Positions 44,097-55,028 of a stretch of DNA of 64,000 bases are shown here, in pieces. The notes under the pieces are model-generated. The model saw only the letters and a list, made by a program, of their open reading frames with translations, ran no database searches and was not told the DNA's origin. Numbering within the stretch: the first letter of the stretch is position 1; every line of letters starts with the position of its first letter. The translations under genes and the position numbers were made by a program. The stretch comes from Epithemia pelagica (lineage: Eukaryota > Protista > Bacillariophyta): positions 1,426,001-1,490,000 of the forward strand of contig OX337239.1 in assembly GCA_946965045.2 (NCBI GenBank), written 5' to 3'.

Positions 44097-46124
44097 ATGG
44101 TTGTGGCAATGGTTGATGAGTACGATTATGATGATGGTAGAACAATGGTGTCTGCAAAGTCTAGCGAATCTGGCAACTTGATCGTTCGGGGAGAGACAAA
44201 CGAAGACTACAACAGCAATGGGTCCTCACATTCAGCTATCGCTGTTCCGTGCTCCTCAGAACCTTTGGTGGAACAGTTGGACCAAGCACGTCGCTGGATT
44301 TATGTGTCTCATTTTTTCTCTCAGTTTTCGGACGCATCGTGGCAATTCGCTTTAAGTTTGTTTTTGGCGGCATTCTCCAACTACCAAAGCTTGTTTCTGA
44401 TTTCCAGTTATGGTATTGTTTCCCAGTTAAGCATCTGTGCCTTTGGTTCCATCTCTGGACGTTATGTTGACGAAACATCCTCCCATCGCTTACGAACGGC
44501 GCGGCTCTTCTTAGGAACTCAAACTCTCTGCGTTCTGATTGCCACGACTTGCTCTTATTATGCCTTACACCGTGTGGATCACATCATGATGATCTCGGTA
44601 ATAGCATCTTCTGAAGGCAATACCTCGTCTGTCGTTGAAAATCACGAACAAACTGAACCTTCAGAAAGTTCTGTTGAGGCCTCGCATCCGTGGTCAAAAG
44701 ATATCGTGACAATAGTCTTGGTTTTGCTTATCCATCTATTTGGACCATTGGCCGAAATCCTGAATCGAGGGTTCCTCGTTGCAATAGAACGTGATTGGAT
44801 TGTTACCATGATGCCAGCTGCTCCGAAAGCACGGCCTATCGACGACAACGACGACAATTCTTTAGATAGCAACTCTCCCGATGACCGCACGTCGACTGGC
44901 CAAGAACGGAGTGGTCGAGAGTGGTTGGTTGAAACGAATGTTCGCATGAAACAACTGGATTTGACTTGCAAAGTCGTGGCTCCGGCAGTGTCTGGTTTGA
45001 TTGTGGGGTCTTTTGATGACGCCTCGAGCAGTAGCGAGGACAACCCACAGGAGCACAATAGCGTTCACAATCTCACCACTGCGGCCTTGTTAGTGGGACT
45101 GGTCCATGTGGCGGCCGTAATAGTGGAATACGTGGCAACCGCCCATGTCTATTACATGGTGCCTGCTCTCCGAGGATGCCAGGTATCTAAAACACCAGCA
45201 ACAAGATCCACGACAGAATCAACTGCAAGAACGCTGGCGTTGACAGAGTCGGAAGAAGGAATCGCGATACACTCGAGAGATGAACGTGAAACAGAGGGTA
45301 CATCGGACAGCGAAGTAGAGGAAAACGATAGTTGCTTGTCCAGAAAGCTTTCCAACCATGATGCTTCAGTTGGCGAGGACAGCCACTTCGATGACGGAGA
45401 AAACGAGAATCTGATCGTCGACAGTTGTGAGATGGCACTGAACAGCCCATCTCCGTCGTCCACTCGAGAAAACTCTTCGAGTCTGTCTTCTTCCTGTCGT
45501 ATTTTGCTCTCTGGTTGGACAATATTTTTCCAGCAACCAATTGCCTTTGGTGGCTTGGGCCTGGCGCTGTTGTACGTAAACATTCTGAACTTCAGCGCTT
45601 TGATGACAGCCTTCTTGGTATCCAAAGGCATGGCCTTGCAAACCGTTGGGGTACTACGAGGCATTTCAGCCGCCCTGGGGTTGTTGGGCACTGTGGCCTA
45701 CGACGTAAGCGTTAAGTCAACGTCACTCGTGACTACAGGGTTGTGGTCCATAGTGTTTGAATTCATGTGTCTGAGTGTTTGTTTTGCAAGCTTCTTTGTT
45801 CCGTCTTACTTTGGATCAATGGCGCTTTTGGTTACTGGTGTTTGGGCCAGTCGTATCGGACTGTGGGTTTTTGATATTTCCATATCGCAAATGATGCAAG
45901 AACTCATCCCCGAAGGAATTCGAGGTGTTGTGGGAGGCACGCAACAATCCTTGAATGCATTCTTTCAATTCATCCCATATGTCATGGGCCTTATATTCTA
46001 CCAACCTGCTGAGTTTCACATTTATGCTGCAACTGGCTACTTGGCGGTCGGCATCGCTATGATTCTGTATTTTGCTGGGGTTTACCAACGGGCCGATCAA
46101 TTGTTTCCCGAATCGGGTGGATGA
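44097..46124 (+). CDS. FPN: Ferroportin (SLC40/IREG) paralog 1
   Basis: IYVSHFFSQFSDASWQFA (TM1), IERDWIV, NVRMKQLDLTCKVVAP, SRIGLWVFD, QQSLN. Confidence 0.92.
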   Translation: MVVAMVDEYDYDDGRTMVSAKSSESGNLIVRGETNEDYNSNGSSHSAIAVPCSSEPLVEQLDQARRWIYVSHFFSQFSDASWQFALSLFLAAFSNYQSLFLISSYGIVSQLSICAFGSISGRYVDETSSHRLRTARLFLGTQTLCVLIATTCSYYALHRVDHIMMISVIASSEGNTSSVVENHEQTEPSESSVEASHPWSKDIVTIVLVLLIHLFGPLAEILNRGFLVAIERDWIVTMMPAAPKARPIDDNDDNSLDSNSPDDRTSTGQERSGREWLVETNVRMKQLDLTCKVVAPAVSGLIVGSFDDASSSSEDNPQEHNSVHNLTTAALLVGLVHVAAVIVEYVATAHVYYMVPALRGCQVSKTPATRSTTESTARTLALTESEEGIAIHSRDERETEGTSDSEVEENDSCLSRKLSNHDASVGEDSHFDDGENENLIVDSCEMALNSPSPSSTRENSSSLSSSCRILLSGWTIFFQQPIAFGGLGLALLYVNILNFSALMTAFLVSKGMALQTVGVLRGISAALGLLGTVAYDVSVKSTSLVTTGLWSIVFEFMCLSVCFASFFVPSYFGSMALLVTGVWASRIGLWVFDISISQMMQELIPEGIRGVVGGTQQSLNAFFQFIPYVMGLIFYQPAEFHIYAATGYLAVGIAMILYFAGVYQRADQLFPESGG

Positions 46125-46848
46125 TTGCAAGTACATTGTGCCTGTACAATATTTCAGTTGTATATAGATATTCCATATGGTGTTGCATCGTACAAGTCCA
46201 TGTACCATGATTACAAAGAGATGAACGGTGTGGAGGACCTGTTTGAAATGGCAGAACAAACAATCACAGTTCCATACTTGTATGCTTGTTCTTTTGGACT
46301 TCTTCATCGAAACAAGAAGACAACGCTCCATCTTGTGGTTTGATGGAAAATTTGCAGACGTGTTCACCTCACAGGTGTCCAGAAGAGTCAAGAATGGAAT
46401 CAGCCGCCGCCCGTTGTCTACGCAGTGAATTCAACGATGACTTTTGTATTGCTCATACATCTTCGGTTGCTACATACTACCAAAGTTGCATGGTCATAAG
46501 CTTCAATGAATTTCAATTTAAGTGACACTCCTAGTATCACTATTTTAACACCAATCTATGTGAAGTGTCTGCTTTCATGATGCGGGCTACACCGAGCCAG
46601 CTCAAAGGATTCACAACGATCGACGTGATCGAGAACCAGACGTAGACATGAGCATGAAGGCATCATCCTTCTTGTTAAGGACACAGGAAAAGCGGAGAAA
46701 TCTCGAATAAGCCTCTGTTTGCCAATAATAAACCGATGGCGAACAGGTCATGAAATAGAGAAACCAAATCCTGTAGAATGGCTTCATCTTCTCTCTGGTC
46801 TAATTCGACCTGTCATTAACCCGTCAACAAAACTGACTGAGTTAGAAG

Positions 46849-48870
46849 TCATACTTCTCCAGGTAGTGAGTAGCTGCCTCCACCTGCTTCTGGGAAAAGC
46901 CTTTTTGCCCGTTGATAAACACCGACGAAGTACAAAACCATTGCAATACCCACAGCTAAATAGCCGGTTGCGCCATAAACGTAGAACTCGGACGGTTTGT
47001 AAAAGACTAAACCCATAACATTTGGAATGAATTGAAACAGGGCATTCAGAGATTGTTGAGTTCCGCCTACAACACCTCGGATTCCTTCAGGGATGAATTC
47101 TTGCATCATTTGTGTCACGGATATATCAAAGACCCATAGGCCGATACGGCTGGCCAAAACGCCACCAACCAAAAGTCGAATGGATCCAATGTACGATGGA
47201 ACAAAAAAGCTTGCAAAACAAACACTCAGACACATGAATTCGAACACAATAGACCACAACCCTGTCGTCACAAGTGATGTTGACTTAACGCTCACATGGT
47301 ACGCCATAGTGCCCAACAAGCCCAAGGCGGCTGAAATGCCTCGTAGCAAACCGACTGTAGCAAGGGCCATGCCTCTGGATACCAAGAAGGCCGTCATTAA
47401 TGCACTAAACGTCAGAATGTTGACGTACAAAAGCGCCAGACCCAAACCCCCATAAGCAATAGGTTGCTGGAAATATACCGTCCAACCGGATGGAAGCAGA
47501 AATCGACATGATGACAACGAGGTCTTATCAGTGACTTCGGGGTCGTTAGTCATCGCAATAGCATCACTCCTCGCACCCATATCCCCCAAGACTTCATGCT
47601 TCGCGCTTCCTGGTTTGTCTTCGATGCTTTCATCATCGTTTAACCTCAAGCTTTCAGAAGAATCAATGGCGCCTTCACCTCCACTTTGTTGACTCTCTTG
47701 TACCGTCGGCAATTCAATAGTGCTTGGAGATACAAGCGTGGAATGAGACGGAGACGATGCGCTTGCGGGACGATGGAGGGCAGGTACCATGTAATAGACT
47801 CGAGCAGTTGCCAAATACTCCACAGCTACCGCAGTGACGTTAACCAACCCGACTAACAAGGCAGCCGTTGTGAGATTGTGTGAACTACTGTCATGAGTGT
47901 CCGTGGCTGCCTCTGTGCTGGCGGAGTGGTGATTACTCGTATCGTTCTCACTGGCATTGGCGTTGCGATCAAACACTCCGACCACCCAGCCCGCCACGGC
48001 CGGCGCAACGACTTTGCAAGTCAAAACCAACTGTTTCATACGAACATTGGTTTCCGCCAACCATTCGCGCCCAGTGATCACTCGACCAGTCGAAGCTGTG
48101 CCATACTCTGTAGGTGTACCAACGGAGGCAACTGTCTGGTCATTCTCATCCTGAAGGGGTGCAGTGGTGGCAGGCACCATGGCCACAATCCAATCACGTT
48201 CCATTGCTACCAGAAACCCTTGACTCGCTAGTTCAGCCAGTGGTCCGAAAAAATGAATAAGTATCACCAAAATGACTGTGACGCTATCCTCTGACCAAGC
48301 AAACGAAGCCTGATCTTCCGTGTCGCCTTCGATACTTTCACCATCCATTTCCGCAGGTGAACTCCCTGTTGCTCTTCTTGTTGGTTGTGACGCAAGCATC
48401 ATTTCATGGACACGTTGCAAAGCATAGTATGAACAAGCAGTTGCTATCAGGACGCAAAGTGACTGAGTTCCCAAGAAGATACGAGCTGTTCGTAAGCGAT
48501 TAGAGGATGTTTCGTCCACAAATCGTCCCGAGGTTGAACCAAAGGCACATATACTCAACTGGGACACAATACCGTAGCTGCAAACCAGAAACAAACTTTG
48601 GTAGTTCGAGAAAGCCGCCAAAAATAAGCTGAGAGAGAATTGCCATGCCTCATCAGAAAACTGGGCAAAGAAATGAGATACGTAAATCCAGTATCGAGCA
48701 TGGTCCAACTGCTTCAACGACGAAAAAGACGAGGTGGTAGAACAGTCGTCTGTGGCGTCCGATGACTTTAATTCGCCTTCCACCAGTGACGACAAGCTCG
48801 TTTCACATTGTCTGGATGATATCGTGTCTTCGGTTGGAATGATAAAGGCGGCGACTTCCACAGACTTCAT
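46849..48870 (-). CDS. FPN: Ferroportin paralog 2, convergent with paralog 1
   Basis: Same motifs; NVRMKQLVLTCKVVAP; first ATG at 48870. Confidence 0.92.
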   Translation of the reverse strand: MKSVEVAAFIIPTEDTISSRQCETSLSSLVEGELKSSDATDDCSTTSSFSSLKQLDHARYWIYVSHFFAQFSDEAWQFSLSLFLAAFSNYQSLFLVCSYGIVSQLSICAFGSTSGRFVDETSSNRLRTARIFLGTQSLCVLIATACSYYALQRVHEMMLASQPTRRATGSSPAEMDGESIEGDTEDQASFAWSEDSVTVILVILIHFFGPLAELASQGFLVAMERDWIVAMVPATTAPLQDENDQTVASVGTPTEYGTASTGRVITGREWLAETNVRMKQLVLTCKVVAPAVAGWVVGVFDRNANASENDTSNHHSASTEAATDTHDSSSHNLTTAALLVGLVNVTAVAVEYLATARVYYMVPALHRPASASSPSHSTLVSPSTIELPTVQESQQSGGEGAIDSSESLRLNDDESIEDKPGSAKHEVLGDMGARSDAIAMTNDPEVTDKTSLSSCRFLLPSGWTVYFQQPIAYGGLGLALLYVNILTFSALMTAFLVSRGMALATVGLLRGISAALGLLGTMAYHVSVKSTSLVTTGLWSIVFEFMCLSVCFASFFVPSYIGSIRLLVGGVLASRIGLWVFDISVTQMMQEFIPEGIRGVVGGTQQSLNALFQFIPNVMGLVFYKPSEFYVYGATGYLAVGIAMVLYFVGVYQRAKRLFPEAGGGSYSLPGEV

Positions 48871-48967
48871 TGTGCACTGCTTCTCGTCCCCATTTCGGCA
48901 TCTGAGATCAGAGTGAGAAATCCGTGCGCCTTTGAAATTTTCTGGTTCAGTTTTTCCTGTCTGTCGA

Positions 48968-48976
48968 GACACGTGT
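48968..48976 (-). promoter_or_regulatory. G-box CACGTGTC about 100 bp upstream of ferroportin 2 (a second CACGTG at 49287-49292)
   Basis: Seen in sequence; resembles CACGTG-core motifs reported in low-iron-regulated diatom promoters. The hexamer is common in the window. Confidence 0.3.
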
Positions 48977-49461
48977 ATCACCGTCGTTTACGGAGAGAAA
49001 GTCTTCCTTCTCCGCTACAGCACAATAGAGAATATGAATCTGTCCGTCCGTCCGTTGCAGTCACTCGCCGTCCGTCGTGTGTCGTGTGTCTCGTGTTGAC
49101 GCGCACGCAGTCTCGCCCTATTTGGACCGTGTCGGTGCGCCAAGTCCGGCGGATGGGTGCTTTTTTGTGAGCACCTGGTGTGTTATTCCGTGAGAATTAT
49201 TAGTACCAACTGTATTGGCGTCCAATGTGATTTCGTACGTGAATTTCATCATTTGAAACGATATCTCGAAGCGATAGATATTTCACCACGTGCGACCAGC
49301 ACAGTCAGTGGGGGAGAACATGCAATAAAAGCCTCCTGCGCAACCAATAGGCCTCCATCAAACGCCACAAAACCAGGACACGAAAAGCCTTTTGATCAGC
49401 TTCCAACTTCTTTCGTTTCATAAAATAGTAAAACTGCGGCACGGGTAGTCTTGATGCGGAT

Positions 49462-50814
49462 CTAGTCCGCCACCGCAATGACAATCGTGCAGTCTAATCT
49501 TCGTTTTCGGCTTGTAGTACCTTGATTGTTTGTTCTGTCTGACTTGACACCTTTCTTTTTCTTGACAGATAAAGAAGGAAGCTGAAAATTACTGGGAGGA
49601 ACTTGCGCTTGACCCAGAACTTGATAGCCCAGTTTGGCAAGAAAGCGCCGCATGGACTCGGTGCTATTGACGTCGCTACCTTGCTTGAGGATCACAGCAC
49701 AAGGTGTTCCCTTGGCCAAGATTTGACGCGTGGATCCAAGGATTCTTTCATTCTCTTGTGAATAGGTTTTCGAATTCACTCCCCACGGAAGATTGCAAAC
49801 CATACAGTCGATACAAATAGGAGGGACCAGATCCTCGCCATTGCTCGTTCTTGTCGCTTCTTCCCAGACTTGACTACTGTCGCGCACGAGCAAGCGGCAC
49901 TGTTCATTCGTCCACATATCAGTTCTGTTAACGTATGACAGTGGGATCCAACTGGCTTGTTCATTTGCGTCGTTGCTGTTCTCATTATCGTTGTGGCATG
50001 AGCTGGTTTCGAACAAATGTTGAAGATTGGCGCACGTGCCTTCTATACACTTGGGATTGGAATCCCAACCAATCACATGACAGTTTCGATCCAAGGCGTA
50101 GGCGAGAAACGTTCCACTCCCACACGTGGGATCCAAAACGACGATAGGGGTACGGTGGAGTGAATCGGTGTTTTGGAACCCAGTCCTAGTCTTGTCCATC
50201 TCGTTCTCATTGCGGCGACTGTATACAAGATTGATCAGGAGGTCCACAACTATTTCTGCCAAGGCAGGCTGAATAGCAGAACTGTATTGAAAAGGGCGAC
50301 GAGACCATTGGACAACATCCATCCTCAAGCTGCCACAAGGGGACCGAGAATTGTCAACCCCTGAAGGTGGTAAGAGATGGACGAGAAAAAGACCCATCGA
50401 GCTCGTATCGATTACGAGCAGTCGATTGCTGAGGGTACAAGAGGAATTCAAGGCAGCGGGTAACGGCCAAAGTGCTTGCGCAATCGCACACGTGAGAGTT
50501 TGCTCCGTGTAGGCATGACTAAAATTATCGTGCAACGTCAAGGACGACTCTGCTGTACTTCTCAAATAGAAATAGTCAAGAATCCAAGAACCTTGCAACC
50601 CCCAGCTAGCCACCGCTGGTGAAATGTTCTCGACTAGTCCCTGTGCCGTCTCGTTGCGTATCAAAAGACGACCTATCCATTCACAGCGAGCGAGGCTCGC
50701 AGGCAAAAGGCAACCAGCTGATGCCTTGTCGTGATTGCCCTGTAACAAGCATGATGCTACATGTGGATCCTGAACAGTTAATTTCAACAAGGAAGATGCA
50801 GTAGATGCATCCAC
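49462..50814 (-). CDS. SAM-dependent RNA methyltransferase (UPF0020/Trm11-like)
   Basis: Motif I VLDPTCGSGTFL, IGWD, and NLPWG (motif IV-like). Confidence 0.78.
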   Translation of the reverse strand: MDASTASSLLKLTVQDPHVASCLLQGNHDKASAGCLLPASLARCEWIGRLLIRNETAQGLVENISPAVASWGLQGSWILDYFYLRSTAESSLTLHDNFSHAYTEQTLTCAIAQALWPLPAALNSSCTLSNRLLVIDTSSMGLFLVHLLPPSGVDNSRSPCGSLRMDVVQWSRRPFQYSSAIQPALAEIVVDLLINLVYSRRNENEMDKTRTGFQNTDSLHRTPIVVLDPTCGSGTFLAYALDRNCHVIGWDSNPKCIEGTCANLQHLFETSSCHNDNENSNDANEQASWIPLSYVNRTDMWTNEQCRLLVRDSSQVWEEATRTSNGEDLVPPICIDCMVCNLPWGVNSKTYSQENERILGSTRQILAKGTPCAVILKQGSDVNSTESMRRFLAKLGYQVLGQAQVPPSNFQLPSLSVKKKKGVKSDRTNNQGTTSRKRRLDCTIVIAVAD

Positions 50815-51800
50815 AAGGAGACGTTGACATGAAAAGCGAGGATCCAGGTTGGTTTCGAGGCTCAGTTCGAGCCACTGTAGGTCTGATAGCTTGAAGCTTT
50901 CCCGTGTTTAGGCAAGAAAAGTGGTTGTAGTCGTGTCTATCTTCCTTGTTTCCCTTGTCAATGAGTAACCTCGACAGAAGGAAAAATTGAGGAGAATACA
51001 ACAACAGAGGACAACTCGTTGCCAGTGGCGGACAGCCACAAGACCATCACAGGTCGAAGGATTCGACGAAAGGTTCATCCATTGACGATCAAACGAGGCT
51101 TCCACGGATCTCATCACGCCATCCTCGTCCGCATCGTCTGCGCTTTGAGAACTAGTAGCGCTCAAACAAGGCATCTCATGCTCATACTCACCTGTCCGAT
51201 CAGGGGACAGGGGACACCGTCCGTCTCCATTTTCTTATTTGGAGAGTGGAGCGCGGAAGCAGCTTCTGGTCTGTCTGTCAGTACGCAGAAGGGACGGCGA
51301 CAGAGGCCTTTTTACTTTTTCTGATGTGAGATGTGAGAGTGAAGATCATGCCTCCTAGAATCACACAACCCTGAATGCTACTCCTATGCCGTTTTACTCC
51401 TATCACAGGTTGTCGTATGACAATAATAGCGGTGTTTCATGTTCAGAGGGCGAGAAACAGGAACTTCTGAAGCACCCATATTGGTACTACTACTCTCTAT
51501 CTACTAGAGAGAGCGCGCTTTTAGAGGACAGGACAAGACAGCCTGTGTATATCAGGTACCAAATAACCATACTGCCGTTTGTTGCATGGATAATGTTGCT
51601 TCGAACTCGGGCGTATCAGGAAAATAGAAAATGATCTGTTGTTCTACCTCCCCTACTACTCCCTCCGGACCGTAATTGTGTAGCGCGCGACCAACAAGTA
51701 AAATTAGTCGCCTTAATACATCACGTAGACCCTGGTACAAACCTACGGGGAACTGGCCGGCTCATTCGGAGTCGAATTTTAGAGATGAACATTCCACGAC

Positions 51801-51809
51801 ACACGTGCC
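51801..51809 (+). promoter_or_regulatory. ACACGTGCC motif inside the mariner element, about 810 bp upstream of ferroportin 3
   Basis: Exact ACACGTGC octamer; function is inferred only. Confidence 0.3.
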
Positions 51810-51891
51810 TTCAAATAAGTATAAAAACTATTTAACGTCAACTATAACGACTAAGGACTGATAGATAAGCTTTTTTCCGCGCCTGCATGCT

Positions 51892-52086
51892 TTAGGCCAA
51901 ATATCTGGTGAGTTGATTAAGCACTGAAGCACGACTGAGCATGGCACGCGCCAACAGATTACTTATGGAGGTTCTGCTAGCACCAAATTTTTTGGCGACT
52001 TGTGCAATGGCACCATGGGAAAGTCTGCCATTTTTAGCCAGCGCCAGCAGAAGCACTATGGCACGTCCACGGTCTTGTGGATGCAT
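51892..52086 (-). pseudogene. Truncated mariner transposase N-terminal HTH
   Basis: GRLSHGAIAQVAKKFGASRTSISNLLARA is HTH-like and lies between the TIRs. Confidence 0.72.
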
Positions 52087-52618
52087 ATCCCTCCTCTATG
52101 GACCCCTCTGGGCCTCCCCTAAATGGGCCGGGTCTTGAGAGGGGTCAGGGGGCATGAACCGGTACGGCAAAGTTAGACATTTATTTTTGCTACGCTTTAG
52201 TTCTCTCTCATGGCCCCAAAAATGAGAGATGGAACATATAAATTATACATGAAAATGTAGATCTTGGAAAGACCGACCGATCTATATAATTTTTAGTACA
52301 AACGGAGATATGCCCATGAAGTTACAGTATTTTTTTGCAATTCGCTACACAATTTGGGTCCAGAGGGAGTACTCCTCTAGCCAGATATAGCTACAGAGTC
52401 GGAGCAGGTAGTAAGGTTAGTCCATTTCCCCCATCCCCCATAGCCTCTCTTCTTCAGATAGCAATGCTAGCTAGAGGAGAAAACAGCCTTGTTTTTGGAC
52501 TTTGTGACACTATGGGCTGTGGGAGCACCATCACCATGGTATAAAAGAGACATTGTCCTCTGAAAAGAAAAGCGTTTAATGATCATAGGCGGAAACGTTG
52601 TATTCAGGAGCTCAAGCA

Positions 52619-54643
52619 ATGACGAAAGGGCAGCCAACACAATCCGCAGAGAAACCAGCCATTGAAGTGACTCCCCTCACGGTGGGAGACGCGAGCAGCG
52701 GCGCCCAACCATTTGACCAAGAGCAGCAAGACGAAGCGGTTCCTTCTCTCCAGATTCCAGTCACAGCATCAGTCGGGAGTCACGACATCATTCACAACGT
52801 CAATCTGGATAACGCTCGACGTTGGATTTATTTATGCCATTTCTTTGCTCGATTCTGCGATTCCACTTGGCAATTTGCCATCAATTTGTTTCTGACGGCC
52901 TTTACCAATTACCAAAGCATGTTTTTGGTTTCAAGTTATGGGATTGTTTCACAATTGAGTATTATTGTGTTTGGCTCCATTTCAGGACGATTCGTCGATG
53001 AAACCAATCGCTTGCGAACCGCACAACTTTTCTTTGGGACACAGACGGCAGCAATTCTAATGGCGACACTTTGTTCCTTCATGGTTTTGATTCGAGTCCA
53101 AGCTCAGTTTGCTAATCACGAGGAATCCATGTCACCATCGCAACAGACTGATTCGGTCGATGACTCGTTTGTTTGGTGGGACGATCACTTCACGTTTTTG
53201 TTGGTCTTACTCATTCATGTGTTTGGACCCTTGGCCGAGATTTTCAATGTAGCCTTTCTGGTCGTCTTGGAACGTGATTGGATTGTCACCATGATGACAA
53301 GTACAAATGATCGAAATTCATTGAGCGAAACCAATCGAGAGGAGGACGGTCTCGATGATAAGGATTCGACCACGCCGTCGGGAGATCGTGCTTGGTTAAC
53401 CGAAACCAATGTTCGAATGAAACAATTGAATTTACTGTGCCAAGCCATGGCGCCCACTGTGGCTGGTTGGGCGATTGGAGCATTTGATTCCAGCATGAAT
53501 AATAACGACGGCAACAGTACCACGTCCGTGGACGGAAACGACTCAATGTCGGGGAATGACAAAACGCACAATCTGATTGCTGCGACACTTTTGTTGACTG
53601 TCATTAGTCTCGTGACCGTGCTGGTAGAGTTTGTTTGTACGGCTCGTGTTTATTGTATGATACCAACGTTGCAACAAATGAGTCAACCACTGGAGTCCTC
53701 GTCGACGGCAGCAACAACACGGAACCACGTGACCTTTCAGAAACTTGAGCAGGAACCCGATTACTTGACTGCGAGATCAACGGTAGAATCCGAGGTTGCA
53801 GGTGATGCTTTCGCAGATTCTTTTCAAATATCTGAGAACAAGGCGACAGCAAGTGCCTACGGCACCGTGCAAGAGTGTGATCCAGTGGAACTGGAAAGCA
53901 TGGAGAATGAATCGGAGCAACAGCAAAATACTTCCGCCGGTTCCAGTGCATCGGTTTCGTCCTCGTCTGGATGGACGTTTTTATTCAGGGGAGAACAACT
54001 GTTACCATCGGGTTGGAAAGTTTACTTTCAACAGCCCATTGCGTACGCCGGTCTGGGTTTGGCTCTCACGTACGTCAATGCATTGACTTTTGCTTCGCTA
54101 ATGACATCATATGTCGTGTCGAGAGGTATGGACTTGGGCACCGTTGGACTGTTGCGAGGCATTTCGGGAGGCATGGGCCTGGTTGGCACGGTTGCGTACC
54201 GTGTCAGTGTTTCTTGGGCATCGCTTGTCTCAACTGGCTTTTGGTCCATTGCATTTGAGTTTGTCTGTTTGACGACGTCCTTTACCAGTTTCTTTGTTCC
54301 CTCCTACACGGGATCTATGGCACTTTTGATCCTTGGTGTATGTGCCAGTCGCATTGGACTATGGGTGTTTGATACGACGGTGACTCAAATGATGCAAGAA
54401 CTCGTTCCGGAAGGTATTCGTGGCGTTGTGGGTGGTACACAACAATCATTGAATGCCTTTTTCCAATGCACCTCGTTTGCCTTGGGTTTGATCTTTTACA
54501 AACCAGACAATTTTTTCATTTATGCCGCCGCAGGCTACTTGGCACTCGGTATTGCCTTACTTCTCTATTATGTTACAGTGTACCGACGAGCCAATCAACT
54601 CTTTCCCACCCTTCTGCAACCGGTGGTGACCCCAAGTCTTTAG
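52619..54643 (+). CDS. FPN: Ferroportin paralog 3
   Basis: IYLCHFFARFCDSTWQFA, LERDWIV, NVRMKQLNLLCQAMAP, SRIGLWVFD, QQSLN. Confidence 0.92.
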   Translation: MTKGQPTQSAEKPAIEVTPLTVGDASSGAQPFDQEQQDEAVPSLQIPVTASVGSHDIIHNVNLDNARRWIYLCHFFARFCDSTWQFAINLFLTAFTNYQSMFLVSSYGIVSQLSIIVFGSISGRFVDETNRLRTAQLFFGTQTAAILMATLCSFMVLIRVQAQFANHEESMSPSQQTDSVDDSFVWWDDHFTFLLVLLIHVFGPLAEIFNVAFLVVLERDWIVTMMTSTNDRNSLSETNREEDGLDDKDSTTPSGDRAWLTETNVRMKQLNLLCQAMAPTVAGWAIGAFDSSMNNNDGNSTTSVDGNDSMSGNDKTHNLIAATLLLTVISLVTVLVEFVCTARVYCMIPTLQQMSQPLESSSTAATTRNHVTFQKLEQEPDYLTARSTVESEVAGDAFADSFQISENKATASAYGTVQECDPVELESMENESEQQQNTSAGSSASVSSSSGWTFLFRGEQLLPSGWKVYFQQPIAYAGLGLALTYVNALTFASLMTSYVVSRGMDLGTVGLLRGISGGMGLVGTVAYRVSVSWASLVSTGFWSIAFEFVCLTTSFTSFFVPSYTGSMALLILGVCASRIGLWVFDTTVTQMMQELVPEGIRGVVGGTQQSLNAFFQCTSFALGLIFYKPDNFFIYAAAGYLALGIALLLYYVTVYRRANQLFPTLLQPVVTPSL

Positions 54644-55028
54644 TCTTTGCGTTGTGACAGAAAATCGCTCGACACAAAGGGGATAGCTACGAGAACTTCT
54701 CGACGATATGACAACGCAAACGAGCTAGTTTGATCACAACATGGACCAAACCTCTACGCCATGAGACTTCAAGGTTCGCCTATAGGAAAGAAACTGTTGC
54801 TCGATGGGCACGCACACCACATGTTGCAAGTAAAATTGTGTAGAAAGGCGATCAATAAGCATCCAAGTGCGTCGGGGGATAAAGAAGTTCTCTTGTGCGA
54901 TTGTCAGAACTCTCAAAACCCAGCTATCGCTCCAAATGGCTGTCATGTATAGGTTCAACTCCGTCGTGGTAAATCTAAGTCTAAACTAAAAACATTTACT
55001 AACCAAGAACAGATTCAGGCAACTCTGT

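Larger units (their letters stand above)
51659..52369 (-). mobile_element. Non-autonomous Tc1/mariner (Stowaway/DD39D-like) element, 711 bp
   Basis: TA TSD at 51657-58 and 52370-71; 27-bp TIRs CTCCCTC[C/T]GGACC..AATTGTGTAGCG with 3 mismatches; internal transposase HTH remnant. Confidence 0.9.
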
